Of a stretch of DNA of 64,000 bases, positions 17,994 to 27,561 are shown piece after piece. The position numbers and the translations under genes are program-made. Every line of letters begins with the position of its first letter. Position 1 is the first letter of the stretch. The notes under the pieces were generated by a model. That model was not told the DNA's origin, did not search any database, and saw only the letters and a list, made by a program, of their open reading frames with translations. Source of the DNA: Spirochaetota bacterium (GTDB lineage Bacteria; Spirochaetota; UBA4802; JAFGDQ01); contig JAZDKB010000015.1 of NCBI GenBank assembly GCA_043803405.1, positions 160,001 to 224,000 on the forward strand, read 5' to 3'.

Positions 17994-20900
17994 TTATACT
18001 GCAGCATCGCAACGCAGACATCTGCTCGCTTCTTTAATTGCATCCTCTTTTGTAAATCCAAGCTCTACTTCTGCGAAACTTAGTTTACGTGAAGCTGCTT
18101 CCAGTTCCGGCATAGCCATTTGCGGAGTTTCCACAGTTTCTTCATCTATAATTAGAGGAATTTCAATTCTTTCCAATGCAGGTTTTTCGAAAGCCGGTTC
18201 GCCGTTTGCAATGCGTATAGCTGAATCTATATCATCAGCAGCCTGATGCCCTGCCTGTATTGCCCCGATAACCGTATCCGGTCCGGTTTGTGCGTCACCG
18301 CCGGCAAAATAGCGCATATTGCTTGTGCGTGATTTATAACCGTTACCGACTTCGAAGTAATCCCACTTATTCACTACATTGGCTATCTTCTTATCAAGGA
18401 AGCTCATATCCGCTACCTGTCCTACAGATGCTATAACTGCATCTACATTAAGCGTAAATTCCGAACCTTTAATGGCAACGGGTTTTTTACGTCCGCTGTT
18501 ATCGAATTCGCCTAGTTTCATACGCTCGCAGGTAATTGAGCTAACCTTGCCATCCTTCCCTTCTATTTTTAAAGGAGCTACCAGATACTCTATCTTGATT
18601 CCTTCATGTTCGGCTGCTATGATTTCTTCCTCGGCTGCAGGCATATCCTGGCGCAGACGACGATAAATAATCGTTACTTCCGCTCCGAGACGAACTGCAA
18701 CGCGGGCTGCGTCAATTGCAGAATTTCCACCGCCGACTACAGCAACTTTCTTTCCGAGAGTCTTTTCGCCCTTCATCCATTTCTGCTCATCAGCATTGAA
18801 TAAGCGCAGGAATTCCACACCGCCGTAAACATTTTTCAGGTCTTCGCCCGGTATTCCGAGTTTCTGGCTCTTATGAGCACCTACTGCCAGGTAAACATAA
18901 TCAAATTCCTTATCAATCTTCTCAAATGATATGTCGCGTCCGATGCGTGTATTTAGTTTTAATTCAACGCCAAGAGAGATGACATCATCAATTTCTTTTT
19001 GCAGAATATTTCTCGGCAGCCTGTAAGAAGGTATGCCCCAGCGCATCATTCCGCCTGCATTGGGAAGTTCTTCAAAAACAACAACCTGGTAACCGCGCTG
19101 AGCAAGGTCACGTGCAGCTGTAAGACCTGCCGGGCCTCCGCCAACAACAGCTATCTTTTCTTTCCTTGTAACAAGAATCTTTGCCGTTACCGGACGGTCA
19201 GCGTTATCCGAAATAAAGCGTTTTAAGAATTTAATTGCCAACGGCTCGTCAAGGTTACCGCGACGGCATTTGGACTGGCATTTGTGATCGCATACTCTTC
19301 CGCAAACTGACGGAAAAGGATTGGATTGCAGCATAACTTTATATGCATCGCTGAATCTATCTTCTCTGATCAAAGCAATATACGATGGTATATCCATTTC
19401 AACAGGGCATGTATGCTGACATGGCGATTTAAACAACGCAGTACATACTGCTGCGCGGCAGGTATGTTCTCTGATGTGCTCTTCATATTCATCACGGAAA
19501 TAGCGTATTGTACTTAAAACAGGATTCGGAGCTGTTTGGCCAAGACCGCAAAGAGCTGCATTTTTAATAACCTCAGCCATTTCTTCCAGAAGTTCTATGT
19601 CTCCTTCTTTGCCCTTACCCTGGGTAATGTTCGTCAATATTTCAAGCATCCGCTTTGTGCCTTCACGGCATGGAGTACATTTACCGCAGGATTCATCCTG
19701 GCAGAAATCCATAAAGAAACGCGCCATGTCTACAGCGCATTTATCTTCATTCATAACGATTAATCCGCCGGAACCCATAATCGCTCCGAGTTCAACGACC
19801 TTTTCATAGTCAACAGGTGCATTCAAATGCTGAATCGGGATGCATCCGCCGGAAGGTCCGCCAAGCTGAGCAGCTTTGAATTTCTTTCCTTTCGGTATAC
19901 CGCCGCCGATATCGTATACAATTGTACCAAGGGTAGTTCCCATCGGTACTTCAACAAGACCTACGTTGGCAACGTCGCCGGTTAGCGCAAATACCTTTGT
20001 GCCTTTGCTCTTTTCTGTTCCGACTGATGCGTACCATTTTCCGCCGCGAACAATGATTTGTCCGATATTGGCTAATGTTTCAACATTATTCAAAATACTC
20101 GGTTTTTGCCACAGACCTGCAACAGCCGGGAATGGAGGCCTTGGTCTCGGCATACCGCGTTTTCCTTCAATTGAGGTCATCAGGGCTGTTTCTTCACCGC
20201 AAACAAAAGCGCCTGCACCCTGATAAATCTCTAAATGAAAATCAAAACCGGTTCCTAAAATATTTTCTCCAAGCAATCCTGCTTCTTTTGCCTGGTCTAT
20301 AGCAATGGTTAAACGGTGAATAGCTAAAGGATACTCAGCGCGGCAGTAAATATATCCCTGATGAGAGCCGATTGCTTTAGCTGCTATAACCATACCTTCA
20401 AGTACAGCATGTGGATCTGCTTCCAGAACGCTTCTGTCCATAAAAGCGCCCGGGTCACCTTCGTCTGCATTGCAAAGTACATATTTAATGTCGTTTTTAG
20501 ACTGCGCTGCAAATTTCCATTTCATTCCTGTCGGGAATCCTGCGCCGCCGCGTCCTCTTAGTCCGGACTCAAGAACCTCATTAACGATTTGTTCCGGGGT
20601 CATTTCAGTAAGTGCTTTGGCCATGCCGGAATATCCGTCTCTGGCAATATACTCTTCTATCTTTTCAGGATCAATTAATCCGCGATTTCTTAAAACTCTC
20701 AATTCCTGTAATGCGAAGAATGGAATATCCTGCATTGAAGGAATAACTTTGTCTGTAACAGGTTCTCTGTATAACAGGCGCTCTAAAATTCTTCCCTTTA
20801 CCAAATGTTCTTCAACAAGTTCGGGAATATCTTCCGGTTTTATTGTTATATAAATAATACCTTCCGGATAAACAACCATAATCGGCCCTAAAGCGCAAAA

Positions 20901-21050
20901 GCCGTTACAGCCGGTTTCAACAACCTTAATTTCCTCGGCTAAATTTCTTTTGCCTATTTCTTCTATTAAAGCTTTTTTAACTCCAAGACTGCCCGAAGAT
21001 TGACAGCCTGTACCTCCGCATATTAGTAAATGTGATCGAAAAACCTTCAT
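17994..21050 (-). CDS. hydB: HydB/NuoF-like NADH-FMN subunit fused to a GltD/NfnB-like FAD oxidoreductase module
   Basis: N-terminal thioredoxin-like 2Fe-2S, GRGGAGFPTG, NADEGDPGAFMD, GAFVCGEETAL, GGPSGG, SCGKCTPCREG, then PCQHTCP, NPFPSVCGRVC, GGGPAG, GGGNSAID..YRR and EASRCLRC. Confidence 0.9.
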   Translation of the reverse strand: MKVFRSHLLICGGTGCQSSGSLGVKKALIEEIGKRNLAEEIKVVETGCNGFCALGPIMVVYPEGIIYITIKPEDIPELVEEHLVKGRILERLLYREPVTDKVIPSMQDIPFFALQELRVLRNRGLIDPEKIEEYIARDGYSGMAKALTEMTPEQIVNEVLESGLRGRGGAGFPTGMKWKFAAQSKNDIKYVLCNADEGDPGAFMDRSVLEADPHAVLEGMVIAAKAIGSHQGYIYCRAEYPLAIHRLTIAIDQAKEAGLLGENILGTGFDFHLEIYQGAGAFVCGEETALMTSIEGKRGMPRPRPPFPAVAGLWQKPSILNNVETLANIGQIIVRGGKWYASVGTEKSKGTKVFALTGDVANVGLVEVPMGTTLGTIVYDIGGGIPKGKKFKAAQLGGPSGGCIPIQHLNAPVDYEKVVELGAIMGSGGLIVMNEDKCAVDMARFFMDFCQDESCGKCTPCREGTKRMLEILTNITQGKGKEGDIELLEEMAEVIKNAALCGLGQTAPNPVLSTIRYFRDEYEEHIREHTCRAAVCTALFKSPCQHTCPVEMDIPSYIALIREDRFSDAYKVMLQSNPFPSVCGRVCDHKCQSKCRRGNLDEPLAIKFLKRFISDNADRPVTAKILVTRKEKIAVVGGGPAGLTAARDLAQRGYQVVVFEELPNAGGMMRWGIPSYRLPRNILQKEIDDVISLGVELKLNTRIGRDISFEKIDKEFDYVYLAVGAHKSQKLGIPGEDLKNVYGGVEFLRLFNADEQKWMKGEKTLGKKVAVVGGGNSAIDAARVAVRLGAEVTIIYRRLRQDMPAAEEEIIAAEHEGIKIEYLVAPLKIEGKDGKVSSITCERMKLGEFDNSGRKKPVAIKGSEFTLNVDAVIASVGQVADMSFLDKKIANVVNKWDYFEVGNGYKSRTSNMRYFAGGDAQTGPDTVIGAIQAGHQAADDIDSAIRIANGEPAFEKPALERIEIPLIIDEETVETPQMAMPELEAASRKLSFAEVELGFTKEDAIKEASRCLRCDAAV

Positions 21051-21115
21051 ATTATCAACATCCTCCTTAAGAAATAATCATGCATCAAAATTATCCGTCA
21101 TGATGGATGAAAAAT

Positions 21116-21499
21116 TTATTTATTAATTTCTGAGCCTTTCGCTAAAACAAAAGGCGTTTGAATCTGTCCCTCTAAAATGTGCTTTTTAAAAACCTGTCTC
21201 ATTTTATTGGGATTCATATATTCATACTTGATCGGTTCCTGGTTAAGAATTTCTACAGTAACTAATGGTTCGCGGCTGCACAGACCCATACATCCGGATG
21301 TTGTTACGAAAACATCGTTTACAGCTGCGGCCTGTATTTCGTCTAATAAAGCATCCATAACTTCCTTTGCTCCTGAAGCTATACCACATGTTCCCATATG
21401 AACAGTTACCTTAGCTCTGCGCTCACCATCGCGCAAAGCCATTTCTTTGTGTACTTTCTCTTTTATTTTCTTTAAATCTGCGATATTCAGTTTTGCCAT
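21116..21499 (-). CDS. Thioredoxin-like (2Fe-2S) ferredoxin subunit, HndB/HydD-like
   Basis: VHMGTCGIASGA...SGCMGLCSREP (three Cys); lies between hydC and hydB. Confidence 0.85.
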   Translation of the reverse strand: MAKLNIADLKKIKEKVHKEMALRDGERRAKVTVHMGTCGIASGAKEVMDALLDEIQAAAVNDVFVTTSGCMGLCSREPLVTVEILNQEPIKYEYMNPNKMRQVFKKHILEGQIQTPFVLAKGSEINK

Positions 21500-21540
21500 T
21501 AGCAATACCTCCTGTTTTTTTCCTTATATTAAATTTGGCA

Positions 21541-22035
21541 TTACGTATATTGACTTAAAACTTCTTTAACTTTAGCTGGTTTAACCCGTCCATGAACAAT
21601 ATCATTCACAACAATAACAGGGCCAAGTCCGCATGCACCCAGACAGCGAACAGTTTCATAGGTAAACATACGGTCAGGTGTAGTTTCACCTTCTTTTATA
21701 TTCAGCTGTTTTTGTAATGTATCATGCAATGCTTTACCGCCACGCACATAACATGCTGTCCCAAGGCAAACACGAACTGTATACTTTCCTCTCGGTGTCA
21801 TTGTGAAAAATGAATAAAAGGTTACAACTCCATAAACACGACTTAACGGTAAATTCAAACCTTCGGCAATCCTTTTTTGGACAGGAAGCGGCAAAAATTC
21901 CAATGTGACCTGTGCTTCTTCAAGAACCGGAATTAATCCGCCTGGTTTGTCTTTAAATTTTTTAATTATTTGATCTAGTTTTGCAACTTGTTCCGGCGTA
22001 AACTCTTTTAATAGCTCGGCATCTTCAGCTTTCAT
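21541..22035 (-). CDS. hydC: HydC/NuoE-like 2Fe-2S subunit
   Basis: GVVTFYSFF, CLGTAC and CLGACGLGP motifs. Confidence 0.92.
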   Translation of the reverse strand: MKAEDAELLKEFTPEQVAKLDQIIKKFKDKPGGLIPVLEEAQVTLEFLPLPVQKRIAEGLNLPLSRVYGVVTFYSFFTMTPRGKYTVRVCLGTACYVRGGKALHDTLQKQLNIKEGETTPDRMFTYETVRCLGACGLGPVIVVNDIVHGRVKPAKVKEVLSQYT

Positions 22036-22062
22036 TTAAATCTTCCTCCATTTTGGGGCTTT

Positions 22063-22611
22063 TTAAACAATAGACTCTAGTGAATTGAGCCCTTCCTTAA
22101 TAACGCCCTTAATATACTTTAATATTTCAGGATGACTTATCGGTACATCCTCAATTTCTTGACGAATCAGGCGTGTATCAAGTATAAACCGCCTGCCATC
22201 ACACCAATGTTTATATATAAAATCAACTTCTGAATTTCCAACAATCAGAGTGATTAAAACACTGCTAATATTACCCATCGGCTGTCTGTCGACATGCCGA
22301 AGCCGGAAAGTAATTGTAAGTTTAGTGCCCTTACCTTCCACCGACTTCAGTTCCATTTTTCCGCCGGTTGTTTCTGCAGCACTCGCAATAAGCGGCAAAC
22401 CAAGACCGACGCGCCGAACCGTTTTTGTAGTATAAAACGGATCCATAACTCTTTTTAAATCTTCTTTCTTAATACCGCAGCCGTCGTCAGCTATTTCGAT
22501 CGTAAGCAAATCCTGCGCGGAATCCTCTCTCACTGAGATCTCAATCAGCTTTGCGCCTGCCCTTACGGAATTCTCAGCTATGTCGAGAATATGTTCAGCA
22601 AGCTCAAGCAT
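22063..22611 (-). CDS. Stand-alone HATPase_c (histidine-kinase-like ATPase), hydrogenase-operon associated
   Basis: ELAEHILDIAENS N-box, DDGCG, DPFYTT, GLGLP and GKGT; no HisKA or sensor domain. Confidence 0.85.
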   Translation of the reverse strand: MLELAEHILDIAENSVRAGAKLIEISVREDSAQDLLTIEIADDGCGIKKEDLKRVMDPFYTTKTVRRVGLGLPLIASAAETTGGKMELKSVEGKGTKLTITFRLRHVDRQPMGNISSVLITLIVGNSEVDFIYKHWCDGRRFILDTRLIRQEIEDVPISHPEILKYIKGVIKEGLNSLESIV

Positions 22612-23352
22612 TTATTGCTCCAGCACGCAGCGGCCGTTTTCATTGCTAAACGCCATTTTTAACTCAGAAAATGACGGTTTTTCAAAATTACACTTTATAA
22701 TGGACGTTCCAATATCTTTCAAATAATGGGCATCTGAGGATGTAATAAAGGAATATTTATTTAATTCTTTATATTTTTTCCTTGCCTCTTTGATCCCCAT
22801 AGCCGCCGATATTTCCAGAGCATCAAAATGCATATCCTCACTTATAAATCCCAGCTGACTTAAAACGCTAAAATTTTCATGATCGATGTGCGAAGCGATT
22901 GCCAGCCCATTATGCTGATGGATATGTGATATAACCGTATCTAGCGACAGATCGGTCGCTCCGATCAATAATCTATCGCTTAAACCTTCAACTTCCGCAT
23001 TTTCATTCACAATTGCCTGAACGCCAAACCGTTTTTCATTATTTTCACCCGGTAAATGGGCGTATATGATTTCCTGTAATTTCAACAAATCAGGTAAATT
23101 ATCAAAAATCGCCAGGACATGCACTTCTTCACTTGTTGTAACTTCCATGCCGGGTAAAATCTTTATATTTTTGTTAAGAGCGGCTTTAATTACATACTGA
23201 ACATTTTCAGATGAATTGTGATCACATATAGCAATTAAATCCAATTTAGCATCCAGTGCACGCTCAACTAAAGCGCTTGGATGCATATCCAGGTCTGCAC
23301 AGGGCGACAGGCAAGTATGAATATGTAAATCGCAATTAAAAACTTTTAACAT
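22612..23352 (-). CDS. PHP domain phosphoesterase
   Basis: DLHIHTCLSPC, ICDHN, GMEV..EEVH, SHID and SSDAH motifs. Confidence 0.9.
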   Translation of the reverse strand: MLKVFNCDLHIHTCLSPCADLDMHPSALVERALDAKLDLIAICDHNSSENVQYVIKAALNKNIKILPGMEVTTSEEVHVLAIFDNLPDLLKLQEIIYAHLPGENNEKRFGVQAIVNENAEVEGLSDRLLIGATDLSLDTVISHIHQHNGLAIASHIDHENFSVLSQLGFISEDMHFDALEISAAMGIKEARKKYKELNKYSFITSSDAHYLKDIGTSIIKCNFEKPSFSELKMAFSNENGRCVLEQ

Positions 23353-23372
23353 CTTCCTATTAGCAGATCAGG

Positions 23373-23720
23373 CTACCGAATATTATTTAATTCCATTAAC
23401 TTATATATTTCACCGGTCAGTTTAAAGGCGCTCATATCCGAAACCAGAACAGGTATTTTTTCCTCATTCGCCTTTTCCAATGTATCCTCATTAGGTTCGC
23501 ATGAATTAACTAAGATAATACCCGAATGCTCCTTTAAGCTTGCTACCGCAACTATATTCTGGTGCACCTGTCTTGTTATCCATACATCTCCTTCGTGGGA
23601 ATTTGCCATTACATCGCTTAAGAGATCTCCTGTATAACCTCCTTTAACGTTATTGGTAAGACTGTCATTTGCACATCTTACTTTCAAATTCAAAGCTTTA
23701 ACAATCGTATCTATATTCAA
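23373..23720 (-). CDS. DRTGG domain protein (HPr kinase N-terminal-like), TTG start
   Basis: GGYTGDLLSDVMA..WIT.Q.HQNIVAVA motif. Confidence 0.85.
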   Translation of the reverse strand: MNIDTIVKALNLKVRCANDSLTNNVKGGYTGDLLSDVMANSHEGDVWITRQVHQNIVAVASLKEHSGIILVNSCEPNEDTLEKANEEKIPVLVSDMSAFKLTGEIYKLMELNNIR

Positions 23721-23808
23721 TTTTTTACCTTGTAAAAGATGATTGAATTAGTCTTAAAAAAACGGCATTATATTTGCTGCGTATTAAATAAAAAGTATTG
23801 CTGTATAT

Positions 23809-24261
23809 TTATAAAATACTGATTGTCGCTTTAATAATTGTTCCTTTGCCCACTTCCGAAGATATATTCAGGTTATCGGAATATTTTTTCATATTAGGCA
23901 ACCCCATACCGGCCCCGAATCCCATCTCTCTTATATGATGATCTGCCGTTGAATATCCCTCCTGCATTGCAAGCTCAATATCCGCGATACCCGGCCCCTC
24001 ATCGACCGCTTCTATTTCTATGGTGTTCGGACTTACTTTGACAGAAATTACGCCTTTTATCGCGTGACAAACAATATTAACTTCCGATTCATACGAAACA
24101 ATTGCTGCTCTTTTTATCAAATCACCGGAAATCCCTATTTTCTTTAAACCTGATTTTATGCTGGTAGAAGCTATTCCGGCTTTACTAAAGTTATCACCTT
24201 CTATTTCAAAACAACCCTGATATAAATAATCTTTTGTTTCAGTCACTGTTTCAGTTAACAT
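23809..24261 (-). CDS. Anti-sigma-factor-type Ser/Thr kinase (RsbT/RsbW-like HATPase)
   Basis: YESEVNIVCHA, DEGPGI, MQEGYSTA and GFGAGMGLPNM motifs. Confidence 0.88.
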   Translation of the reverse strand: MLTETVTETKDYLYQGCFEIEGDNFSKAGIASTSIKSGLKKIGISGDLIKRAAIVSYESEVNIVCHAIKGVISVKVSPNTIEIEAVDEGPGIADIELAMQEGYSTADHHIREMGFGAGMGLPNMKKYSDNLNISSEVGKGTIIKATISIL

Positions 24262-24570
24262 TATCCGAATAACCGGTTACGTCTTCTTAATGTAGAAAGC
24301 AGCGGTTGTTGCAGGCAAAACGTGCCGGGTAAAAATTATCCAAACCGGGTAATATTTCTACATTTAAAAATATTCAGTGTCAAGAATAAGTTCCTTGAAA
24401 TTTTTAACAACTAATTTTTGTCAAATCATCAGGATTTTTAGTAAATAAACACAGTAATACGAATAATTAATTACTTTATATTTTAAATCTACAAAAATTA
24501 AAAAAACAGTCAATTACCAATAATTGTGATTTAAGAATAATAAATTTTGGGGATTAAATAACCTGAAGCA

Positions 24571-24933
24571 TCAAATGCTTTTTACAATCTCAAGCAATTC
24601 ATCCGGATTTATCGGTTTTCCCAGTATCCCATTTACTCCGGATGTGCATTCATTAAGGTTATTAGCCGTAAAAAAATTCATATTGCCGAAAAAATAGATT
24701 TTTACATCCATATTTTTTTTTCGCATTCTTTTTACGACATCAATGCTTCTGGTTATTTGTTCGGCCATTATGTTATATATAACCAGGCATGGTTTTTCAG
24801 CTTCGAATTTTTTATAACCATTCTCGCTATTCAAGGCTGTTACCACATGGAATTTGCCGGATTCCAGCGTATTACTTAATGAAGACAGCACTTCAGGATC
24901 ATCATCAATTATCAATATCTTCTTTTTTGCCAT
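24571..24933 (-). CDS. Single-domain response regulator receiver with an atypical phosphoacceptor site
   Basis: ILIIDDD and LGKP present, but beta3 reads LVIYNIM (Asn where Asp is expected). Confidence 0.75.
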   Translation of the reverse strand: MAKKKILIIDDDPEVLSSLSNTLESGKFHVVTALNSENGYKKFEAEKPCLVIYNIMAEQITRSIDVVKRMRKKNMDVKIYFFGNMNFFTANNLNECTSGVNGILGKPINPDELLEIVKSI

Positions 24934-25194
24934 GATAAACAGTTTCCTGACATCATTAAAAAAAGCATAATGCGGAATTCATTATAGATCATATTAAGCC
25001 GGTAACAAAATGTTTAATTTTCAGCAGGTTTTAATATCTTAAGATAATAAGGAAAAATCCGCTAATCTCTGTCTGACTGCTGAAATCTGTTTTAATGGTC
25101 GGAAATTTATTTTTTTATTTACTATGCGCTTAATTCACTAAAAAAGTAAATTCTTAATAATTGTTATTTTATTATAACAAAAATTAGGGATATG

Positions 25195-25860
25195 TTATTT
25201 ATGATGCATTATTACCCACTGGATGGCGTTTCTGGTAAGTTCCGAAGAATCTTTAATACGAAGCTTTTCTTTAATATTTTTTTTATGGCTTTCAACAGTA
25301 TATATGCTAAGACTTAATTTATTTGCAATTTCTTTGGTGCTGAAACCATTGCCTATAAACTGATAAATTTCAAATTCCCTGTTGCTTAAATTTTCAATAG
25401 TTAAATCCGAACCTCCCTGTTTGTGAATCAGCTTATTAAGCAGCTTTTTTGATAATTCGCTGCTTAGATAAAGTTCGTCATTTAATACAGTGCGTACGGC
25501 ATTGATAATGTTTTTTGCCGCATCTTCTTTCATTATATATCCATGCGCGCCCGATTTGATCGCCCTTTCGGCATATATCGATTCGCTGTGCATAGACAGT
25601 ACAAGTGTATAGATATCCGGAAATCTTTCTTTTATTGACCGTATCAGATCGATCCCGTTAACATTCCCCGAAAGTGTTATATCAATTATAGCAACATCCG
25701 GCTTGTCGCGGTTGATAATCTCCATTGCCTCATTCGCGCTGGCTGCTTCTCCGCTTATTACAAGATCGCTTTCTTTCTCCAGAACTCTCTTAATTCCCTG
25801 CCTCAGAATTGGATGATCATCAACGATTAATACTTTTTTAATTTCTTTATTTTCGTTCAT
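25195..25860 (-). CDS. NarL/FixJ-family response regulator (REC + LuxR HTH)
   Basis: IVDDH, AIIDI, LSMH, GYIMK and LSNREFEI..KEIA..SIYTVESH. Confidence 0.93.
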   Translation of the reverse strand: MNENKEIKKVLIVDDHPILRQGIKRVLEKESDLVISGEAASANEAMEIINRDKPDVAIIDITLSGNVNGIDLIRSIKERFPDIYTLVLSMHSESIYAERAIKSGAHGYIMKEDAAKNIINAVRTVLNDELYLSSELSKKLLNKLIHKQGGSDLTIENLSNREFEIYQFIGNGFSTKEIANKLSLSIYTVESHKKNIKEKLRIKDSSELTRNAIQWVIMHHK

Positions 25861-25878
25861 AATGAATTACCAAAAGTA

Positions 25879-26721
25879 TTAAATTGAATTTTCATATTTA
25901 TTTGGCTCTGTTTTTATTTCCAGAACGGCTTTAACTTCAAAACCCTTTTTACTGCGGTTACCTGCAAAAAATTCCGCGCCAATTATAGCAGCTCTGTATT
26001 TCATAATTCTCAGACCCATGCCGTTTCCCATCTCGCCTGCTTTACAGCCGCTTCCATCGTCAATGACAACCAGCTTGATTTTGTTGTTCTCTGATTTCAT
26101 GCAGATATGAATGTTTTTTGCTCTTCCGTGCTTAATAGCATTTGTAACTGCTTCGCGGGCAATATAATAAAGATGATTCGCAGCCTGATTATCATCCAGT
26201 AAAAAATCTCCTTTACTGGAAATTTTACATGATACGCTAAAAACCTTCTCAATAGTCGAGGCCATTTCACTCAAAGCCGAATAAAGTCCGTTTTTATTCA
26301 TCTCAACAGGATAAAGCACTTTTGAAATACTTCTGGTCTGAATAATCGATTTTCTTACCAGATTATTAATCTCATCAATATCGTCCAGTGCTTCATTGTA
26401 TTTCTCTTTCAGTTTTTCCCTTAGAGCTTCTATTAAAAAAGTAACAGCCGTAAGGTTTTGCCCAATGCCGTCGTGTAAATCCTCACCTATCCGTTGCCTT
26501 TCTTTTTCCGCTATCTGCATAATTTCTTTCTGAAGTATTCTTGTTTCATTTAATGCTTCAAATTTTATCTCTTCAGCCCGTCTTCGCTCATCGATCTCTA
26601 TTTGCAGTTTGCTTGTATGTATCTGGCTAAGTTCTTCCAAACGTTTCTTATATTTTTCTATTTCAGTCTCAGCATGCCTTTTATTAGATGTGTTTTTTAA
26701 TATCTTTTCCAGTCTTTTCAT
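25879..26721 (-). CDS. Cytoplasmic HisKA_3 histidine kinase without a recognisable sensor domain
   Basis: ERQRIGEDLHDGIGQNL, EAVTNAIKHG, DDGSG and GMGLRIM; N-terminal coiled coil only. Confidence 0.9.
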   Translation of the reverse strand: MKRLEKILKNTSNKRHAETEIEKYKKRLEELSQIHTSKLQIEIDERRRAEEIKFEALNETRILQKEIMQIAEKERQRIGEDLHDGIGQNLTAVTFLIEALREKLKEKYNEALDDIDEINNLVRKSIIQTRSISKVLYPVEMNKNGLYSALSEMASTIEKVFSVSCKISSKGDFLLDDNQAANHLYYIAREAVTNAIKHGRAKNIHICMKSENNKIKLVVIDDGSGCKAGEMGNGMGLRIMKYRAAIIGAEFFAGNRSKKGFEVKAVLEIKTEPNKYENSI

Positions 26722-26920
26722 AAAGTTGTTGCCTAATAAACAATTCCGTATATTAGTATTTTCATTTGTTATTCCGGCAGTTTCATCCGGCTAATAGTAT
26801 ACATACAAATTCTAAAAAGCTTTATAATATTTTTAAATCAAGCATAAAAAGTTATTTATCGCAATTATCAAAGAATGTTAAATATGCGAATTAAAACATA
26901 TATGCCTGAAGAAATTAAAA

Positions 26921-27451
26921 ATGAATAAAACCAATTCAAATATTATTAAAATCAACTGGATCAACGACAAATCGTTCCACAGTGCGCTTGTGCCGGGTTA
27001 TTCCGGAAAGAAAAAGACCAGGAAGTTAAAAGAGTTTTCTAAATCAAAAGGCAATTGTTTTTTTTCAAATGGAATATCGCATGGATTAATTGATTTTGTA
27101 TACAGGGCAGTAATTAATTTAAAACTTAAAGATAAAAAGCTGATTTTTTCCAAGGGAGCGGTAAAAATAAACGGAATATCTGCGCTAAATGCCGTTGCAG
27201 TTAGGGAACTGGACTGGGATGTAGGAATATCAATACGAATACCGCATAAATTAAATCATAATAAAAAAATAGTATTATTAATAGACGATAAACATTATAC
27301 TTTTAAAGTGATGGAAATCATTGTACTTGCAGCCCTTTTACGAATTGTATACCCGAAGAAAGCACTAAAATGGTGTTCGGATAAAGCTGTTTTTATTTTA
27401 GCATACGGCTGGAATTATCTTATACTTACAAATAAAGAAATAAAAAAATAA
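26921..27451 (+). CDS. Hypothetical basic protein
   Basis: 176-aa ATG ORF in AT-rich DNA; no recognisable motif. Confidence 0.5.
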   Translation: MNKTNSNIIKINWINDKSFHSALVPGYSGKKKTRKLKEFSKSKGNCFFSNGISHGLIDFVYRAVINLKLKDKKLIFSKGAVKINGISALNAVAVRELDWDVGISIRIPHKLNHNKKIVLLIDDKHYTFKVMEIIVLAALLRIVYPKKALKWCSDKAVFILAYGWNYLILTNKEIKK

Positions 27452-27561
27452 AAAAAGATTGATTTTTTATTAATTCTTTAAATAATAACTTATCAGCAAA
27501 AAAGTTAAATTATAATATTTTGATAATTGTAAGTCCTTATTAAATATAAAGAGAGGCAACC

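Noticed and set aside
16152..22035. Selenocysteine recoding or frameshifts in the hydrogenase genes
   Set aside because: All ORFs are full length with the expected Cys motifs and need no readthrough.
24393..24410. Rex operator upstream of the hydrogenase operon (minus strand ttgttaa-aaat-ttcaagg)
   Set aside because: Only one half-site matches well; this is too weak in AT-rich DNA.
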